NCBI GenBank assembly: GCA_965216325.1
Contig: OZ244160.1
Location: 1,632,001-1,696,000 of the forward strand
From: Coraliomargarita sp.
Lineage (GTDB): Bacteria > Verrucomicrobiota > Verrucomicrobiia > Opitutales > Coraliomargaritaceae
Direction: 5' to 3'
DNA: 64,000 nt
The notes beneath the pieces were generated by a model. That model searched no databases and was not told the origin of the DNA. It saw nothing but the letters and a program-made list of their open reading frames with translations. A program made the translations under genes and the position numbers. This document shows, piece after piece, positions 51,067 to 61,556 of the stretch (the stretch's first letter is position 1; the number at the start of each line of letters is the position of its first letter).

Positions 51067-53619
51067 CTAGGCCTTATCGGCGTTGGTAGCCTCCCACTCG
51101 TAACGCTTCGGAGTGAGTTGGCGCTCCTCGACGTGGCGGCGGTCGCCCTTGTGCCACCAGTAGAACACCGGACTGGCGATAAAGATCGAGGAGAACGTTC
51201 CGGTAAGGATACCAATGATGAAGACGAAGGAGAAGTCCTTGATCACGCCTGCACCGAAGATGTAGAGCGAGCACGCAGCCAGCAAGGTGGTGATACTGGT
51301 GAGCAAGGAACGTGAGAACACGCGGCTAATCGCAACGTTGATGATGTGGCGCAGGCCAGCACCCGGGTTGAGCTCAAGCTCTTCACGGATACGGTCGAAC
51401 ACAACGATGGTATCATTGATCGAATAACCCACGATCATCAGGATCGAGGCCAACATCGGCGCAGTGAACTGGCCGCTCACGAAGAGGCCAAACTCCCCGA
51501 ACAACACGAAGATACCGACGGTCATCAGAACGTCGTGGATGGTCGCAACAACCGCACCGATACCATATCCAACTTCGAAGCGGAAGGCCACGTAGAGGAG
51601 AATACCGCCGAGTGCAGCAAGCACCGACCAAACCGCATTCCACTGAATGTCAGAGGAAACAGAACCACCAATTTGCGAGAATCCCGTTTCTTCAAACTCA
51701 GCTTGCGGGAAGCCCACTTGCAGGGCTGGAAGCACGATCTCACGAGCCGCATCAAACTTAGTCTGAATTTTAAGCACCTCCTGATTTGCACCGATAAGCG
51801 TTTGATAAACTGGGTTTACTTCGCCGAGGCCGTTGTCCTGTGCATACTGCACGATGTCGCCCTCGTCGATCTTCTCCTTGAACTCGACGGTGATCTCATC
51901 ACCACCGGTGAAGTCGATACCGAGGATGTTATCGTGGTGCAGGACGACGCTAGCAACACCGAGCAGCACGATTGTCCAGGACGCGATGAACGCTGGCTTA
52001 CGGAACTTGAAGAAGTCGATCTTGGTTTGGCCACCGAGGTTGATGCCGAGCACCTTGCTCATGCCTGCACGGTAAACGAGGAAGTCGACCATAAAGCGTG
52101 TCACCACCAGCGCACAGAAGATCGAGGCGCAGATACCGATCGCCAAGGTGTAACCGAAGCCCTTCACCGGACCGGTGCCGAGCCAGATGAGGATCGACGC
52201 AGTAATGAGCGTGGTGATGTTGGCGTCCACAATCGTGGAGGTCACCTTTTGGAAAGCTGCGGAGGTTGCATTCTTAATGCTCTTACCCGACTTGAGCTCT
52301 TCGCGGAGGCGCTCGAAGATCAGGATGTTGGCGTCCACACCCATACCGAGTGTGAGCACGAGCGCGGCCACACCGGGAAGTGTGAGGGTCGCGCCGAGGC
52401 TGGCGAGCACGCCGAGAACGATCACTACGTTGATCAGTGCGGAAATAACTGCGACCACACCGCCGATGAAGTAATAAGCGACCATGAATGCGATCACGAG
52501 AATCGCACCGAGGCGAACCGCGCTGATCGAGCTATCCTTAGCGCCCTTCGCCATCGATGGGCCAACTTCAGCCAATTCTTGCACTTGAAGCGGGAGCGCA
52601 AGTGGGTTGTTCAAAACGTTGGCGAGGTCGAACGCTTCACGCTGCGAGTATTGGCCAGTGATTTGCGCTCGGCTGGAAAGCACTGCTTGCACAGTTGGTG
52701 CGGAGTAGAGCTTGCCATCGAGAACAATCGCAAGCGGTTCGCCGACCATTTTTTCGGTAACCGTGCGCAGCACTTTGGCACCATCACTGGTCATCTTCAG
52801 CGCAACTTCAAAACCACCAGATTGGTTTTGGGTCGGAATAGCACTCTCGATAATCTCACCGGTTGCTTCGGGGATCCGCTTCACAAAAAGCAAATTATCG
52901 TAGACCTCCCCAGACTTGGTTTCGCGCTCTTCCGCGAGAAGTTCATAGCCCGGTGGAGGCGTATCCGTATTGGAAGACGGGCTCTGCGTCGAATGCACGC
53001 GACGGAATTCCAAGCGGGCTGGCTTTACCAGTTCCTCCATGATCTCAGGATTGTCCTTGATCGATACACCCGGCATTTGAATTTCGATCGCGGAGCTGCC
53101 ACGCGCACGGATCACTGGCTCGGCAACACCGGAACCGTTGAGGCGGTCGCTCATAATGGTGATCGCCTTGCTGAGCTGTTCGTTCTGCTCAGCCTGAGAC
53201 TTGCCGGCTAGCGCAGAATCAGCGACCGCAAGCGTCGCACTGACACCACCTTTAAGGTCAAGGCCGAGCCGGAGCTGGCTCTGAGCACTTTTGAGCAAAT
53301 GCTTGAGTAGCACATCATTACGCTTTTCTAAATTCGCGATATCCTTTACACGATTGTGTGGCTGCGGGAAAAACTTTGAATAATCAATTTTCTCTGCCTT
53401 GCCAATGTCACGAAGTGCAACGAATAGCGATTGTGACTCTTCATTTGCCACTCGGGCTTGCGCGCGCTCCATGATGGCAGCGAACTCGTCAGCGTCGGCT
53501 GTAGCTTCGGTCACAATGAAGTCCTCAAACGGACGGTCTTTGAGAGGAACGATGCTGCCGATACACCATGCGATGAGGCCGACAGTGAGGAGGAATTTCC
53601 AGAGGATGTTTCCGGACAT
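51067..53619 (-). CDS. secDF: Fused protein translocase SecDF
   Basis: LGLDLKGG, AIVLDG, TLPG..LTLGMGVDANILIFER, GIDFTGG, GYSINDTIVVFDRIRE. Confidence 0.96.
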   Translation of the reverse strand: MSGNILWKFLLTVGLIAWCIGSIVPLKDRPFEDFIVTEATADADEFAAIMERAQARVANEESQSLFVALRDIGKAEKIDYSKFFPQPHNRVKDIANLEKRNDVLLKHLLKSAQSQLRLGLDLKGGVSATLAVADSALAGKSQAEQNEQLSKAITIMSDRLNGSGVAEPVIRARGSSAIEIQMPGVSIKDNPEIMEELVKPARLEFRRVHSTQSPSSNTDTPPPGYELLAEERETKSGEVYDNLLFVKRIPEATGEIIESAIPTQNQSGGFEVALKMTSDGAKVLRTVTEKMVGEPLAIVLDGKLYSAPTVQAVLSSRAQITGQYSQREAFDLANVLNNPLALPLQVQELAEVGPSMAKGAKDSSISAVRLGAILVIAFMVAYYFIGGVVAVISALINVVIVLGVLASLGATLTLPGVAALVLTLGMGVDANILIFERLREELKSGKSIKNATSAAFQKVTSTIVDANITTLITASILIWLGTGPVKGFGYTLAIGICASIFCALVVTRFMVDFLVYRAGMSKVLGINLGGQTKIDFFKFRKPAFIASWTIVLLGVASVVLHHDNILGIDFTGGDEITVEFKEKIDEGDIVQYAQDNGLGEVNPVYQTLIGANQEVLKIQTKFDAAREIVLPALQVGFPQAEFEETGFSQIGGSVSSDIQWNAVWSVLAALGGILLYVAFRFEVGYGIGAVVATIHDVLMTVGIFVLFGEFGLFVSGQFTAPMLASILMIVGYSINDTIVVFDRIREELELNPGAGLRHIINVAISRVFSRSLLTSITTLLAACSLYIFGAGVIKDFSFVFIIGILTGTFSSIFIASPVFYWWHKGDRRHVEERQLTPKRYEWEATNADKA

Positions 53620-53664
53620 AGTTGTTGGGTTCCTTAATGGAGGTTGGTTGGGGCAGTGTGCGCT

Positions 53665-53985
53665 TTAGGCGCTGGTCTTGCTGCCGACAGAGTTCTTTGT
53701 AAGCTCGATCTTCACACCGTCCGCGATACGGACCACGAAGCGGTCGTCTTTGACGTTGGTGATGGTGCCGTGGATACCGCCTGCAGTGACGATTTCGTCG
53801 CCCGTCTTCAATTCCGTAAGCATCTTATCATGAGCCTTTTGGCGCTTGCGCTGAGGAGCGATAATAAGGAACCACATACCCACAAAAAGGAGGATCAGTG
53901 GCATGAACTGCATGAGCGGGTTCACTTCAGCGCCTGAAGCAGCTTGTGCGAGCGGTAAAAGAGAAGAAATTTCGGAAAGAGCCAT
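53665..53985 (-). CDS. yajC: Preprotein translocase subunit
   Basis: TM, then PQRKRQK..LKTGDEIVTAGGIHG; upstream of secDF. Confidence 0.95.
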   Translation of the reverse strand: MALSEISSLLPLAQAASGAEVNPLMQFMPLILLFVGMWFLIIAPQRKRQKAHDKMLTELKTGDEIVTAGGIHGTITNVKDDRFVVRIADGVKIELTKNSVGSKTSA

Positions 53986-54109
53986 AGTGCGATCTGTGTT
54001 GAAAAACCGCTGAAGGAAAGAGAGTCCCTTCTAAATGGCAAGTTCCTAATCCAGAAGGATTCGGAGCAGAAATCAGAGGCTGGAAAACAGAGGCCCGAAC
54101 TCGTCAATC

Positions 54110-54168
54110 GAAAGTGCCTTCGCACTTCCGCTACACAACTCTGTAGAGGAACTGCGACCGCAGTTTCT
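54110..54168. repeat. Back-to-back GTAG REP-like hairpins of another family
   Basis: Reverse complement GTAGCGGAAGTGCGAAGGCACTTTC, then GTAGAGGAACTGCGACCGCAGTTTCT. Confidence 0.6.
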
Positions 54169-55045
54169 AACCGAGCACAAGCCCCAAGGTCAGCAACAGC
54201 CCGTAACCTGCGACCACGACAGCAGCCCCCTTGAGCGCAGCCAAGAAATCCAGCGGTTCATGAGCCCTTCGGAGCTGACCGAGCAAGATCAGCGAGCGAA
54301 TTACCGGAAGCAGTCCGAGCAGCACCCAGAGGCCATAGTCTCGCATACAAAGCCAGACTACAACCGCACCCGCCGCGCAGCTGGCAACCAGATAGAGGAA
54401 TAGGCCAAATGGGCGCCCGAAAAAGACAATCAGAGTGCGCTTGCGGGCCAGCACATCCTCATCGCGGTCCCGGTAATTATTCACAACCAACAAGTTATTA
54501 ATCAACAAGCCGCAACCAAGGCCTACGAGCAGCGCATCAAGCGTCACGCTTCCCACTTGGACGAAATAAGTGCAGCTCACTGCAATGAAACCGAAAAACA
54601 GGACGACGAAGACATCACCCAAACCATTGTAAGCCAATGGAAACGGCCCTCCGGTATAACACCAGGCACAGACCACCGAGGCAATTCCGACCCCCAGCAA
54701 CCACCAGCCGCCAAACGCGATCAGACTTAGACCGATACAAAAACCGAGCGCCAACACACCGATCGCAGCCCACTTCATCACCGCAGGTGCGACCAAACCA
54801 GACGCGACCGCCCGCTGGGGCCCAATGCGCGCCTCCGTGTCGGTCCCCTTGATGCCGTCCAAGTAGTCGTTGGCGAAATTGGTGCCGATTTGGATCAGCA
54901 CCGCGAAAGCCAGACAGATCACCGCGGGCAGCCATGCAAAACCACCATCCGCATACGCTAGCCCGGAGCCGAGCATGACAGGCGCCACTGCTGCAGGCAG
55001 CGTTTTCGGGCGGGTGGCTTCCAGCCAAGTGCTTAAGTGTGACAT
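54167..55045 (-). CDS. menA: 1,4-dihydroxy-2-naphthoate polyprenyltransferase
   Basis: [32 protein letters not shown]. Confidence 0.93.
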   Translation of the reverse strand: MSHLSTWLEATRPKTLPAAVAPVMLGSGLAYADGGFAWLPAVICLAFAVLIQIGTNFANDYLDGIKGTDTEARIGPQRAVASGLVAPAVMKWAAIGVLALGFCIGLSLIAFGGWWLLGVGIASVVCAWCYTGGPFPLAYNGLGDVFVVLFFGFIAVSCTYFVQVGSVTLDALLVGLGCGLLINNLLVVNNYRDRDEDVLARKRTLIVFFGRPFGLFLYLVASCAAGAVVVWLCMRDYGLWVLLGLLPVIRSLILLGQLRRAHEPLDFLAALKGAAVVVAGYGLLLTLGLVLG

Positions 55046-55103
55046 AAGTGACAGTTCTTCGCAATGCGTTGACCAGATGAAGGCGTAAGCGTAAACTAAG
55101 ACA

Positions 55104-55706
55104 ATGATCAAATATCCACAAGCGGAGGAACTCACGCGGGATATCCACGATTCCCGCGTGCGGGCAGCCTTTGCGAGTGTCGACCGCAGTCTGTTCATTC
55201 CGGATAGTCAGCAATACTTTGCATGGGCCGACCATCCCCTCCCCATCGGGCACGGGGCCACCATTTCTCAGCCCAGCCTAGTTGCGCAAATGACCGAATG
55301 GCTGGAGCTGCGCCCCGAGCATCGCGTGCTCGAGATCGGCACCGGCTCTGGTTACCAAACCGCAATTTTGGCCAATTTAGTCAGCGAGGTCACCACGGTC
55401 GAAATCAGTCGCCAACTCTCGAGTAGTGCCGCCCAACGACTCCAATCACTCGGCTACAGCAACATCCACTGCCATTGCGGTGATGGCTCCAAAGGCTGGC
55501 CAGACGCCGCGCCCTTTGACCGAATCCTCGCCACGGTCGCCTTCAACTCGACGCCCCGAGCACTGCTCGCTCAACTCAAGCCGGACGGGATTTGCATCGC
55601 CCCAGTTGGCCCGTCCGTAAGCGTGCAGCACCTATTGCGCTACCACAAAGGCGAAAGCCTGACCGAGACAACCCTAGCACCAGTGCGCTTCCTCAGCTTG
55701 CGCTAG
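55104..55706 (+). CDS. pcm: Protein-L-isoaspartate O-methyltransferase
   Basis: PIGHGATISQP, VLEIGTGSGYQ, GDGSKGW..APFDRI, VRF. Confidence 0.93.
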   Translation: MIKYPQAEELTRDIHDSRVRAAFASVDRSLFIPDSQQYFAWADHPLPIGHGATISQPSLVAQMTEWLELRPEHRVLEIGTGSGYQTAILANLVSEVTTVEISRQLSSSAAQRLQSLGYSNIHCHCGDGSKGWPDAAPFDRILATVAFNSTPRALLAQLKPDGICIAPVGPSVSVQHLLRYHKGESLTETTLAPVRFLSLR

Positions 55707-58353
55707 CCTGCCGCTGACGGCCAAACACCACCTTATTGTAGAAGAACCCAATCCCAATCAGCACGCAGCCCAAGCCAAGGAATGACAACACCCGGTAGAG
55801 CCCTTCAAGCTCAGAGGCATCGACAAAGAAGACCTTGCCCACAGTGAGCAGCAACAAGAGTAAGGAGCCCACATGCAAAGCCTTCTGGTCGCGTAACAAG
55901 CCGATTGCCTGATAGGCCACCGCAAGCAACAGCCACACAACCGAATAACTATACAACTCCGTGCTGGAACTCGCGCCACCAAACAAATAACCCCCACCAA
56001 AGTAATCCTGCACCAGAAAAGTCGCCCAGACAAAGCCTAAGGCCATTGCAGCCACTTGATAGGCTCGACGTAGGGCCTCACGCCCCTGCCCTGCACTCAG
56101 CCATGCGAGCACACTGATGACCACAAAGGGCAGGCCAAACTGCCACAGCAGAGCGTTGAAAAAGAAACTTTCACCCTCAGCTCCCGAATCATTCAAGTGC
56201 AGGATGACGACACGCACACAAACCAAAGCAGTCAGCACACCACTACCAATCCGCCCAATCAATTGGCGTCGACAACACAGGGCAAACGCAAGCGCCCACA
56301 CAGCCAGCAGCGAAGTCAGCCCTCCCTGCACCGCGGACAAGGTCCATGCGTCCGGCATCCACTTTAAATCGATCCACTGGTAAGCCGAGACCACCGCTAG
56401 TAGTGTCGACAAGCCACACCACCACGCAAACACCAAACGAACACTTTCCGCCCAGCCTTGCCAGAAACAGCGCAACATCAACAAGCCACTCCCCACACCG
56501 CCGATGCAACCTAGCATCGACAAAACATCCCGGACCTCACTTCCAGCGATCCAGTCTTCACCAAAAAAATACAAGAAGGCACTCGCCATCGAAGGCCACA
56601 TGGCAGCCGTCCACGTAACCACCAACGTCCCCAGCACGAGTTCGCTGCGGACCAACTCGCGTAGTCGCCAATATACTGTCGCAACCAGCAAAAGGGCGGC
56701 AGCCGCAGCGCCATACAGCTCAACTGGCAAAGTCGCCCACAAGCCAAAAACGACAACTAGAAAAGCAAAGGACTGGGTCAGCGCAGCGGATTCATTGCAT
56801 TGTATGCGACGTAGCAAATACTCACCGCTCAGCATGAGCAGGACGGCAGAAACGAGACTCAGCAGCAACCAGAAGAACTCGAAAGGAACAGCAGCCGGGT
56901 TGATGTATTCACGATTCAAATACAGTAGTGGCACCCAAGCCCAAGCAGCAATCGTCGAGAGACCGCGCCAGTGATCCGAAATACTCGAACGCATGCCCTG
57001 CAGATGACCGACGCCCCAGAATAGCAGATGCATCCCAAACGGCCAGAGCAACCACTGGGCAAATGGCTCCGCAGGCGCCATCAGAGCAACAAGCATCGTG
57101 GCTAACAAAGCGAGCCAAGCAGCCCATTCAAACTCGTCTTCACGCAGGACTGCCAAGGCCAGTGCCCCCAAACTAAGCACCGAGAACATGCCTAGGTCCA
57201 CTCCGGCAAACTCACCCAACCAAACCAAGAGCAGCGCCTGAATCAGCCCGCCGCCCCAGACAAGCAATCGCAACCACAATAAGATCTGCCGCACCGTTTC
57301 GCTCAAAGTATTCAGTCGCAGCTTCGCCAGACCAACCGAGGAGACCGCGCAGATTCCGAGCACAAATAACAGCGCCCCCTCAGGCTCATGCATCACGCCC
57401 TCAAAACATGCTGCCAAGACTACCGCGACCCAGGCATAGGCACCGACTGCAGAGCCAAGCAATAGACCCCACCAGCCCTTACGCACGCACAGAAACTGAG
57501 CGGCCCCGAACAACAGAAAAAGATAAGCAAAGAGCAGTTCAGTATCCTGTGATCCAGTCGACATGAGCCAAGGAGTGAGGAAGCCTCCCACTAAGCCCAT
57601 CAGGGCAATCGGCGCGCCATTACGCAGCGAGAGCCCAACCGAGACTAAGGTTACTGCAACCATACACGCAAAGCCCTGCGTCGGCACGAGGAAGCCATAC
57701 AAATGCACTGCCGCATAGACCGCAAAATACAAGCATGCTACGCCTGCTCCTGACAGCGCCTGACCGATCTTCTCGTTTGCTTTAAGTCTGGTCTTCAAAC
57801 TGACCACACACCCCAATGCACACAACAAAGCACCAAAGAGAGTCGTCATCCACACGCGCACTGCAGGCGTCAACCAACCCGAATCAATCGAGTATTTGAT
57901 CATGAAGAAACCGGCCATCAACAAGGCGATGCCCCCCACCCAAATCGCGATCTTACTGAACCAATCCTTCGGTTCGGTATCTTCCTGTGTCGGAGTCGAA
58001 ATCGCCCCCTTGGTTAACTCTACAGGCTTCATCGCTACCTCCGACTGCTTCACATCAGACGGCTGTAGCTTCTGTTTAGGTATCGGCGGTGGTGTCACGA
58101 TTGGAGACTCGGGCTTCGTTACCGGCGCCTGAACAGCAGCTGCTTTTACCTGTGCTGTCACTGCCGACTGCTGATCTGTTTGCGCTTCTGCCAGCTGCCG
58201 CTTCAGTCGCTCAAGCTCGCGGCGCTGAGTTTCCAGCTCATCCTGCACGGCTCGCAACTCAGATTTTCGATTCGAAAGATTGACCAAGTTGACCCAAGGC
58301 AAAATCAGTGCCGCAACCAACAAGCCGAGTAACAAAATACCGAGCGCTTCCAT
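55693..58353 (-). CDS. DUF2339 family polytopic membrane protein
   Basis: TM, coiled coil and Pro linker; FFMIKYSI..GWL.P..R; GGFLTP; C-terminal KVFFVD..L.GLYRVLSFLGLG. Start at MEALG inferred. Confidence 0.85.
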   Translation of the reverse strand: MEALGILLLGLLVAALILPWVNLVNLSNRKSELRAVQDELETQRRELERLKRQLAEAQTDQQSAVTAQVKAAAVQAPVTKPESPIVTPPPIPKQKLQPSDVKQSEVAMKPVELTKGAISTPTQEDTEPKDWFSKIAIWVGGIALLMAGFFMIKYSIDSGWLTPAVRVWMTTLFGALLCALGCVVSLKTRLKANEKIGQALSGAGVACLYFAVYAAVHLYGFLVPTQGFACMVAVTLVSVGLSLRNGAPIALMGLVGGFLTPWLMSTGSQDTELLFAYLFLLFGAAQFLCVRKGWWGLLLGSAVGAYAWVAVVLAACFEGVMHEPEGALLFVLGICAVSSVGLAKLRLNTLSETVRQILLWLRLLVWGGGLIQALLLVWLGEFAGVDLGMFSVLSLGALALAVLREDEFEWAAWLALLATMLVALMAPAEPFAQWLLWPFGMHLLFWGVGHLQGMRSSISDHWRGLSTIAAWAWVPLLYLNREYINPAAVPFEFFWLLLSLVSAVLLMLSGEYLLRRIQCNESAALTQSFAFLVVVFGLWATLPVELYGAAAAALLLVATVYWRLRELVRSELVLGTLVVTWTAAMWPSMASAFLYFFGEDWIAGSEVRDVLSMLGCIGGVGSGLLMLRCFWQGWAESVRLVFAWWCGLSTLLAVVSAYQWIDLKWMPDAWTLSAVQGGLTSLLAVWALAFALCCRRQLIGRIGSGVLTALVCVRVVILHLNDSGAEGESFFFNALLWQFGLPFVVISVLAWLSAGQGREALRRAYQVAAMALGFVWATFLVQDYFGGGYLFGGASSSTELYSYSVVWLLLAVAYQAIGLLRDQKALHVGSLLLLLLTVGKVFFVDASELEGLYRVLSFLGLGCVLIGIGFFYNKVVFGRQRQASAS

Positions 58354-58378
58354 GATGGCGATTGTGCTAGACACAAAA

Positions 58379-58414
58379 TGAACATCGTTCAATATTTATT
58401 TTGAACATTGTTTT
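58379..58414. promoter_or_regulatory. Two candidate TetR operators
   Basis: TGAAC-ATC-GTTCA (58379-58391) and TGAAC-ATT-GTTTT (58402-58414) in the divergent spacer. Confidence 0.55.
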
Positions 58415-58449
58415 GTAAATACCAGCAGAACTGCAATGCCTCCATACAG

Positions 58450-58498
58450 TCTGACCTCTGACCTCTGACCTCTGACCTCTGACCTCTGACCTCTGACC
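58450..58498 (+). repeat. Perfect tandem heptamer array (TCTGACC) x7
   Basis: 49 nt, ending 1 nt before the TetR ATG. Confidence 0.97.
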
Positions 58499-58499
58499 C

Positions 58500-59075
58500 A
58501 TGGCCCGACGAAAAGATCACACCCGCGAAGAACTACGAGAGCTCGCCATTGAAGCTGGCACTGAACTCGTGCGTAATAATGGCGTGGGCGCACTCACTGC
58601 CCGCAATGTGGCGAAGGCGATCGGCTACACGCCCGGCACGCTCTACAACCTATTTGAGAATATCCAGGGGCTTGTTGCAGCAATTAACGCCCGCACCTTG
58701 CAAGGACTTGCAGAGGACATCGAAGCACAAATCCAGCGCTGCAAAACCCCCGAAAGCAAGTTAGCCCGAATCTGCCAACTGTATATTCAGCTGCAGGACG
58801 CCGAACCGAAGCTCTGCACCCTGATTTTCGCAACACCCCTAGAGAACATGACCGAGGACTTCGGCACTGCAGTGCACGCAGTGTTCGATCAGGTCACCGA
58901 GGCCATTCGCCCACTCAGCAAAAACGACACCGCCGCTCGCCAAGACGCAAAAATTCTCTGGTCCACGCTGCACGGCATCTGCCTGCTCCATCAAAATGGC
59001 AAGCTCGACGTCACCGAGCCCGACCCACCGGAGCAATTAGTGAAGCGTTTCTTGGCTCAGTTCCTAAAGCGGTAA
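58500..59075 (+). CDS. TetR/AcrR regulator with a WHG-type C-terminal domain
   Basis: LTARNVAKAIGYTPGTLYNLF helix-turn-helix; WSTLHG. Confidence 0.92.
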   Translation: MARRKDHTREELRELAIEAGTELVRNNGVGALTARNVAKAIGYTPGTLYNLFENIQGLVAAINARTLQGLAEDIEAQIQRCKTPESKLARICQLYIQLQDAEPKLCTLIFATPLENMTEDFGTAVHAVFDQVTEAIRPLSKNDTAARQDAKILWSTLHGICLLHQNGKLDVTEPDPPEQLVKRFLAQFLKR

Positions 59076-59149
59076 CATCTCAATGAAACAAGCCTGAGCC
59101 TCGGCTGAGGGATTGCAAGTTGACGAAGAGGACTTACAACGCTGGGTCC

Positions 59150-60052
59150 ATGAAACCGACTCTCCTGATTCTTGCCGCTGGCATGGGCAGCCGTTATGGC
59201 GGCCTCAAACAACTCGACCCAATGGGCCCAGAGGGCGAAACCGTACTCGACTACTCGGTCTACGACGCCATTCAAGCGGGCTTCGGCAAGGTGGTCTTCG
59301 TCATTCGCAGGGATTTTGCAGATGCATTTAAATCGACCGTCGGCAACAAGTTCGAAGCACGTATCGAAGTGGCTTACGCCTACCAAGACCTCACTGACTT
59401 ACCCGAGGGTTTCGCTGTGCCAGAAGGCCGCGAAAAGCCATGGGGCACCACGCATGCGGTGCGCGCAGCGCGCAATGAAATCGATACGCCGTTCGCAGTG
59501 ATCAACGCCGACGACTTCTACGGTCGCGATGCCTTCGTTCAGCTCGCACGCTACTTTGAGCAACAGTCCGAGGAGCCTGAGCTGCGCACCTGCATGGTCG
59601 GGTATCCTTTGAGCAATACTCTCTCCGATCACGGCACCGTAAACCGCGGCGTGTGCGTCGTCGAAGACGGCACACTGCAGCGCGTGGAGGAGCAATTCGA
59701 GATCGCCGCAGATGCGGCTGGCGCAGTGACCGGCAAAAATCAAGCAGGCGAAGCCATTCAGATCGACGCCAACGCCATCGTATCGATGAATTTCTGGGGC
59801 TTCACGCCAGCAATTTTCAGTAGTATCGAAGCTCAATTCACCGACTTCCTCAAAGACGCCGGCGGCGAACTCAAATCAGAGTGCTACATCCCGAGTATCG
59901 TGGATACACTGATTCAAAGCGGTCAGACCGAATGTGCCGTGCTCGAAACCAGCGCCAACTGGTTCGGCGTCACCTACCCGGATGATAAGCCCTTCGTGCA
60001 AGAAAGCATCGGCCAATTGATCCAGCAGGGTGAATACCCGGCTGGCCTGTAA
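59150..60052 (+). CDS. Sugar-phosphate nucleotidyltransferase family protein
   Basis: LAAGMGSRYGGLKQ, KPWGT, INADDFYG, SMNFWGF, WFGVTY. Confidence 0.88.
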   Translation: MKPTLLILAAGMGSRYGGLKQLDPMGPEGETVLDYSVYDAIQAGFGKVVFVIRRDFADAFKSTVGNKFEARIEVAYAYQDLTDLPEGFAVPEGREKPWGTTHAVRAARNEIDTPFAVINADDFYGRDAFVQLARYFEQQSEEPELRTCMVGYPLSNTLSDHGTVNRGVCVVEDGTLQRVEEQFEIAADAAGAVTGKNQAGEAIQIDANAIVSMNFWGFTPAIFSSIEAQFTDFLKDAGGELKSECYIPSIVDTLIQSGQTECAVLETSANWFGVTYPDDKPFVQESIGQLIQQGEYPAGL

Positions 60053-60102
60053 ACGACAGCAAAGCTCGACTTGGAGCATAATTTCACTATAGTTCAAATA
60101 TT

Positions 60103-60462
60103 ATGTCTTCCCCTAGGACATCCTCCCTACTGGCGCTTGGCGTCTTCCTAGCATACTCAAGCAGCCACTCACTGGCGTTTGAACTCGGCAGCTGTGCCTT
60201 GATACAAATCCAGCAAGAACCTGCTGACAACACGGATGAGCTCCTCATTAGCGTCCACGAAACGGTGCTCAATGATGCATCGGAAGACTCCAACACCAGT
60301 CCCACACAGAGCCAAACAGACTTGGCGAGCTTCAGCTTTGACAACATTAACAGCGGGATCGGCAGTAGCTTCAGTAACAGTAGCTTCAGTCTACCGACCG
60401 AAGCCAGCAGTAGCGAAGACACCGACCTTCTTGACTTCAGCGCAGACGGCAGCGGTTATTAA
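60103..60462 (+). CDS. Hypothetical secreted Ser/Asp-rich low-complexity protein
   Basis: Signal-peptide-like N-terminus; fills the gap between genes. Confidence 0.45.
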   Translation: MSSPRTSSLLALGVFLAYSSSHSLAFELGSCALIQIQQEPADNTDELLISVHETVLNDASEDSNTSPTQSQTDLASFSFDNINSGIGSSFSNSSFSLPTEASSSEDTDLLDFSADGSGY

Positions 60463-60465
60463 GCA

Positions 60466-61119
60466 TTAGGGCTTTTTCAATGTTACCGGCGATTTACGGT
60501 TTGGATATAGCGTCCGACACAGCTCACATACCGTGCCGTTGCAGCCACGTGCGGTGCAATACTCACGACCGTAGTAGATAATCTGCAAATGCAGAGCATT
60601 CCAGCGATCCTTAGGGAACAGGCGCTTCAAGTCCCGCTCTGTCTGCACGACGCTCTTACCGGAGCTGAGCCCCCAACGTTGGGCTAGTCGGTGAATGTGG
60701 GTATCCACAGGGAACGCGGGCACGCCGAAAGCCTGCGACATGACCACCGAGGCAGTCTTGTGACCGACCGCAGGCAGCGCCTCAAGGGCAGCCATGTCTG
60801 CAGGAACCTCCCCCCGATGCTTATCCAGCAAAATACGTGACAGCCCAGCAATGCCCTTTGATTTCATCGGAGATAATCCACAAGGCCGGATAATATCACG
60901 GATCTCTTCCACCGAAAGCTGGACCATTTCCTGAGGCGTACGAGCCCGCTCGAAGAGCAGCGGCGTAATCTTGTTTACCCGTTCATCGGTGCATTGAGCT
61001 GACAACAAGACCGCAATCAACAGAGTATACGCATCCGAATGATCCAGAGGAATCGGAGGGTTCGGATAGAGTTCCTCAAGGCGTCGATTAACGAGAGCAG
61101 CACGTTCGGCTTTAAGCAT
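60466..61119 (-). CDS. nth: Endonuclease III
   Basis: LLSAQCTD..VN, LPAVGHKTA (HhH), VDTH, HLQIIYYGREYC. Confidence 0.94.
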   Translation of the reverse strand: MLKAERAALVNRRLEELYPNPPIPLDHSDAYTLLIAVLLSAQCTDERVNKITPLLFERARTPQEMVQLSVEEIRDIIRPCGLSPMKSKGIAGLSRILLDKHRGEVPADMAALEALPAVGHKTASVVMSQAFGVPAFPVDTHIHRLAQRWGLSSGKSVVQTERDLKRLFPKDRWNALHLQIIYYGREYCTARGCNGTVCELCRTLYPNRKSPVTLKKP

Positions 61120-61154
61120 GCCGCAGAAGAACAAATCTGCTGCTCCCATGCACG

Positions 61155-61183
61155 AAAAAAGCCGCCCAATTAAAGGCGGCTTT
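61155..61183 (-). terminator. Rho-independent terminator after the TM2 gene
   Basis: AAAGCCGCC-TTTAATTG-GGCGGC-TTTTTT on the minus strand. Confidence 0.75.
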
Positions 61184-61205
61184 AAGCACAACGGTCACGA
61201 CAAGT

Positions 61206-61472
61206 CTAGAACCAGCCTTTTTTGCCATTCACGTAAGTCGCGACGAAATCTTCGTCAGACTTTGTCAGATAAAGAATGCCTTCAATTAGACCGATGAGGC
61301 CCATAATCATAGGGCCCACTATAATCAGAGAGCCAAGCAGACACACCAAAAGCATGATCACCCCCTCTTTGGTATAGCCTAAAATAAACTTATGAATGCC
61401 GAGGCCTCCAAGTAGGATGCCACAAATGCCGGCTGCGATTTTCTTTTCTGCTCCTGCGGGTTTATCTGCCAT
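61206..61472 (-). CDS. TM2-domain membrane protein
   Basis: KKIAAG..LG.LGIHKFILG, IEGILYLTKSDEDF. Confidence 0.9.
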   Translation of the reverse strand: MADKPAGAEKKIAAGICGILLGGLGIHKFILGYTKEGVIMLLVCLLGSLIIVGPMIMGLIGLIEGILYLTKSDEDFVATYVNGKKGWF

Positions 61473-61556
61473 AGTTCTTTGTATTAGTATTGGGTGGTTT
61501 TAACTGTGCGCAGCGAGTCTGCTGCACATGGATGTAAAAGAGGCGGAGTGGATGTT

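Noticed and set aside
51346..53211. 621-aa plus-strand ORF (likewise 49742..50797 and 41547..42707)
   Set aside because: Antisense shadows of secDF, recJ and mutS with no recognisable domains.
58379..58414. LexA box (TGTTC-N4-GAACA type)
   Set aside because: Half-site order and spacing do not match, and the adjacent TetR is the simpler explanation. I saw no convincing box of this type before the repair genes either.
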